Positions 15,664 through 18,297 of a stretch of 18,297 nt of DNA are shown here, piece by piece; the first letter of the stretch is position 1, and each line of letters starts with the position of its first letter. The position numbers and the translations under genes were made by a program. The stretch is from Candidatus Nanohaloarchaea archaeon (GTDB lineage Archaea; Nanohalarchaeota; Nanosalinia; Nanosalinales; Nanosalinaceae): contig JBEQBC010000013.1 in NCBI GenBank assembly GCA_041640035.1, forward strand, positions 1 to 18,297. Reading direction: 5' to 3'. The notes beneath the pieces were generated by a model. That model saw only the letters and a program-made list of their open reading frames with translations. It was not told the DNA's origin and did no database searches.

Positions 15664-17061
15664 ATGGTCAACCTGAAGCAGTTATTCAAAGATCTGAAAG
15701 AAAGCCTGTCAACAGCTGAACAGGACGCAGAAAGACTTAACACGGATGAAGAAAAAGAGATGAAGTACCTGAACCGGGAAGATGTACCCCGGTCACTGGA
15801 AATTTTCTCAGAGGAAGTCGACCTAGCAGTACAGCTGACCGAACACCTGGAAAACGCTGAAGAAGACGAACTACAGGCAGAAAAGTTTTTGAAGGACTCA
15901 GATGTACCGGAAGAAATCCGGGAAAGGTTCATGGAATCGGAGCAGGAAGTCGAAGGACTGGTGAAGAAAGCATTAGACGAGATGCAGACCTTGAAGAAAG
16001 AAGCCGAGATGCTGGAAGGCCAGATACAGAGCTCGGATGTACCGCAGGAAGCAGTCGAAGAGTACAGATCGGATAAACAGGAACTGAAACAGGCATTGAA
16101 TAACATGCAGGAAGTACAGCAGGAAGGAGAAATGATGATAAGCCGAAGAAATGCATTAGGCGTGATAGCAGGAGCTGCAGCAGGATCAGCATGGGCTATG
16201 AACCGGAAGATAAACCAGATAAGCAGGAAAGCAGAGAAACTAATAGAACAAAGAGAACGGAGACTTGAGGAAACTCAGAGAGCAACTAAAAAAGAAGCAT
16301 CTAAACCAAATACCGAGGTAAAAGGCGGCAAAGACCATGTAATGGAACAGATCAGTATCGGCGAGGACATCTACGCCAGATTAAATGTGGTAAGGACCTC
16401 TCCTACAACCGCATTAACTTATATCGAGATACAGAACAGGTCAAACCAGAAACAGAAACTGGAGCTTGAACTCTCACCTGAAAACTGGGAGATCACTACC
16501 GTACTGAACTTTTCGTCGGACAGGAAAAACAAGCCGGTCCAGACAGTAGAACTGACACCGGAAAGCAACTTTGAAGCCGGCGGACTGCTCAGAAGAACCA
16601 GTAGCAAAGCAGGAAGAGTAAAGTACAAAGTATCAACAGGAAAACAGTCAGAGACAATGCGTCTAAACCCTCCAGCAAAGACCTCCATGAACTCAGTTAA
16701 ACCAGAAGATGTATCAGGAGTAGAGATCGAGTACAGAAGAGAAACTGACTCGAAGAAAGCCGATCAAGAACTGAAATTCAGTATGGAGAACACCTCCGGT
16801 CAAAAACTCAATATACAGGCAACTTTGATACTGCCAGGAGGCTGGACAGCGGAAGGATTCGAAAACCTTGACAGTTCCGGAGCAGGTATGTACAGCATCT
16901 CATCAGATCTCAGGAACAGAGCGGTTGACGGATTCAACTTATACATAAGCAAAGAAGCAACAAAGGCATCTAAAGCAGCAGCCCTCTCTGTAGCGGTAAT
17001 AGATGATAAACAACCGGAGAAAATCCAGGACTACATAATTCCGGTGGCACTGGAACAATGA
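15664..17061 (+). CDS. 465-aa protein: acidic coiled-coil N-terminus, internal RR motif plus hydrophobic helix, two Ig-like beta-sandwich repeats
   Basis: MMISRRNALGVIAGAAAGSAWAM at aa 157-179. Repeats IEIQNRSNQKQKLELELSPENW and FSMENTSGQKLNIQATLILPGGW. Confidence 0.87.
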   Translation: MVNLKQLFKDLKESLSTAEQDAERLNTDEEKEMKYLNREDVPRSLEIFSEEVDLAVQLTEHLENAEEDELQAEKFLKDSDVPEEIRERFMESEQEVEGLVKKALDEMQTLKKEAEMLEGQIQSSDVPQEAVEEYRSDKQELKQALNNMQEVQQEGEMMISRRNALGVIAGAAAGSAWAMNRKINQISRKAEKLIEQRERRLEETQRATKKEASKPNTEVKGGKDHVMEQISIGEDIYARLNVVRTSPTTALTYIEIQNRSNQKQKLELELSPENWEITTVLNFSSDRKNKPVQTVELTPESNFEAGGLLRRTSSKAGRVKYKVSTGKQSETMRLNPPAKTSMNSVKPEDVSGVEIEYRRETDSKKADQELKFSMENTSGQKLNIQATLILPGGWTAEGFENLDSSGAGMYSISSDLRNRAVDGFNLYISKEATKASKAAALSVAVIDDKQPEKIQDYIIPVALEQ

Positions 17062-17294
17062 ACCGGAAGACGATGGAGCGTTTCATGGAGTTCCTCGTAG
17101 TAGGGATAGTCATGGGAACAGTAGAAGACCTGATCGCAGTACGGTTGGTGACAGGAGAAGCCGTAGACCCGCGTACAATCTTCATCGTGGTCGGAGTTGC
17201 GATACCGTTCGCCGCATTCTCAGAACTCGTAGTCGACCATGAAGAATACGATCATTTCCAGCAACTGGCTGACAAGGTCAAAAAAGTACTCTGA
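17058..17294 (+). CDS. Small 2-TM membrane protein, 78 aa
   Basis: ATGA overlap with the upstream gene. Two hydrophobic helices with embedded acidic residues (EFLVVGIVMGTVEDLIAV; IPFAAFSELVVD). Confidence 0.82.
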   Translation: MNRKTMERFMEFLVVGIVMGTVEDLIAVRLVTGEAVDPRTIFIVVGVAIPFAAFSELVVDHEEYDHFQQLADKVKKVL

Positions 17295-17298
17295 TTTC

Positions 17299-17673
17299 TT
17301 ATCCGTGGAAGTACTCGTAGAAGAAAACTGCCAGTGCTAGTAGGATTCCTACTGCTAGAATCATTTTAACTTCCTGACCTAGATTATTGAATTTCTCAAC
17401 AAAACCTTCGGTAGTTTCGGATATCTGACCTGTAACCGTTTCAGGCTCTTCATAACAAGGACCTGACTCAACACCCGTGATATTCTCACATCCGCTCAGG
17501 GTCGCGGAAGAACCGTTTTCACTACACTGAACCATGACCTCTCTACCGTCCTGATAGACAGGGAACTCCTCTCCTGCCGGACAAGTCCAGTCCTGCCTCG
17601 TTACCTGAGCTGAAGCAGAGAACACCGAGATACTGTAGAAAAGAATCAGTACGGTTGCTGCTTTCTTATTCAT
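17299..17673 (-). CDS. Secreted, C-terminally anchored small protein with 4 Cys, 124 aa
   Basis: Sec signal MNKK...SASA/Q. Cys in WTCP, VQCS, SGCE, GPCY. C-terminal TM ILAVGILLALAVFF. Confidence 0.82.
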   Translation of the reverse strand: MNKKAATVLILFYSISVFSASAQVTRQDWTCPAGEEFPVYQDGREVMVQCSENGSSATLSGCENITGVESGPCYEEPETVTGQISETTEGFVEKFNNLGQEVKMILAVGILLALAVFFYEYFHG

Positions 17674-17942
17674 TCCTCATCACCGCTTTCCTCATCTGAT
17701 TCTCCAGCCTCCTTGTCTTCCTCTTCTTCAGTACTAGTTTCTGGTATTGCTTCGGTGGCGTTTTTCAGTCCATAGATTATCATTCCTGCTGCGAGGAATG
17801 TGAGAAGCGCTAATATGAATGTTTCGAAGTTGGTAGCATGGACACCCTGACTGGATGCAGGTTCCTGTTGATGTGTCATATGTGCGGCAGTGTTCACTGC
17901 CTGAAGTAAAGTTGCTGTGGTGGCTGCCGCTACCTTCTTCAT
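17670..17942 (-). CDS. Small membrane protein with signal peptide, His-containing N-terminus and acidic tail, 90 aa
   Basis: MKKVAAA...TAA/HMTHQQ...H, one TM, E/D-rich tail. ATGA overlap with the next gene. TTTTAT box upstream. Confidence 0.78.
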   Translation of the reverse strand: MKKVAAATTATLLQAVNTAAHMTHQQEPASSQGVHATNFETFILALLTFLAAGMIIYGLKNATEAIPETSTEEEEDKEAGESDEESGDEE

Positions 17943-18060
17943 AACAAGTAGATATTTGACTACCTGAATAAAAGAGTAATCAGTAGATTAGTGGCCGGAG
18001 TACATTTAGTACACTGTGTTATGTATACCGCTCTGTACAGGTCGATAACTTGACTATGGC

Positions 18061-18297
18061 ATTTTAAAGTTAACGAAAGTTTAAGAAGTGTTTATTTCCG
18101 GTTTGAAAGGTTTTACTTGGTTTTCTGTGTTTTGTAAACGGTTAAAACCGTTTTTATTTCTGGAAGGTTGAAAGAAGTTCGAAAAGATTCGAACAAAATG
18201 GATAACCGGTTAGAGACATAATAAAGCGTTTAGAAAGTTTTATTTCTAATTGTGAACAGTCAAGAACTGTTAAAAACGGCTCGTGAACGGTTAGAAC
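18061..18297. repeat. AT-rich non-coding tract with clustered short direct and inverted repeats
   Basis: AACNGTT at 18137, 18146, 18265, 18286. TTTATTTC at 18091, 18153, 18238. Inverted repeat AAACGGTT-AA-AACCGTTT at 18136-18153. Line 18061-18120 has 17/60 G+C by manual count. Confidence 0.55.

Noticed and set aside
4631-17185. Remaining short ORFs antisense or out of frame to ppsA, the 1001-aa gene, the MFS gene and the 465-aa gene
   Set aside because: Largely or fully overlap better-supported genes and show the S/F/L-rich pattern expected from the reverse complement of E/K/D-rich codons.
7487-18297. Genomic island or provirus integrated at tRNA-Leu
   Set aside because: No integrase or viral genes, and I found no duplicate of the tRNA 3' end in the window. 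A distal att site outside the window cannot be excluded.
18061-18297. CRISPR array
   Set aside because: Repeats are only 7-11 bp, degenerate and irregularly spaced. No 24-40 bp repeat-spacer periodicity.

Overview
Compact archaeal chromosomal segment, most consistent with a Candidatus Nanohaloarchaeota (DPANN) genome. The proteins are very acidic, intergenic gaps are tiny or overlapping, TATA boxes sit about 25-30 nt upstream of start codons, and the tRNA is archaeal-type; the taxonomy is inferred, not proven. Left: a minus-strand operon of at least four class III (type IV pilin-like) signal-peptide proteins. It includes a 944-aa protein with about 12 FG-GAP/VCBS-like repeats and a window-truncated gene (<1..1097) missing from the ORF track. 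A divergent PEP synthase (ppsA) carries an unusual C-terminal winged-helix (DUF2582-like) fusion. Next come tRNA-Leu(TAA) and a convergent 1001-aa acidic protein with a possible PcfJ/GNAT-like C-terminal domain and a perfect palindrome just upstream of its start. Right half: a Cys-less cupredoxin lipoprotein, an MFS transporter, several small membrane proteins, a haloarchaeal-type coiled-coil protein, and a 465-aa protein with an internal twin-arginine motif. The window ends in an AT-rich non-coding tract with clustered AACNGTT motifs. No integrase, transposase or CRISPR array is visible.
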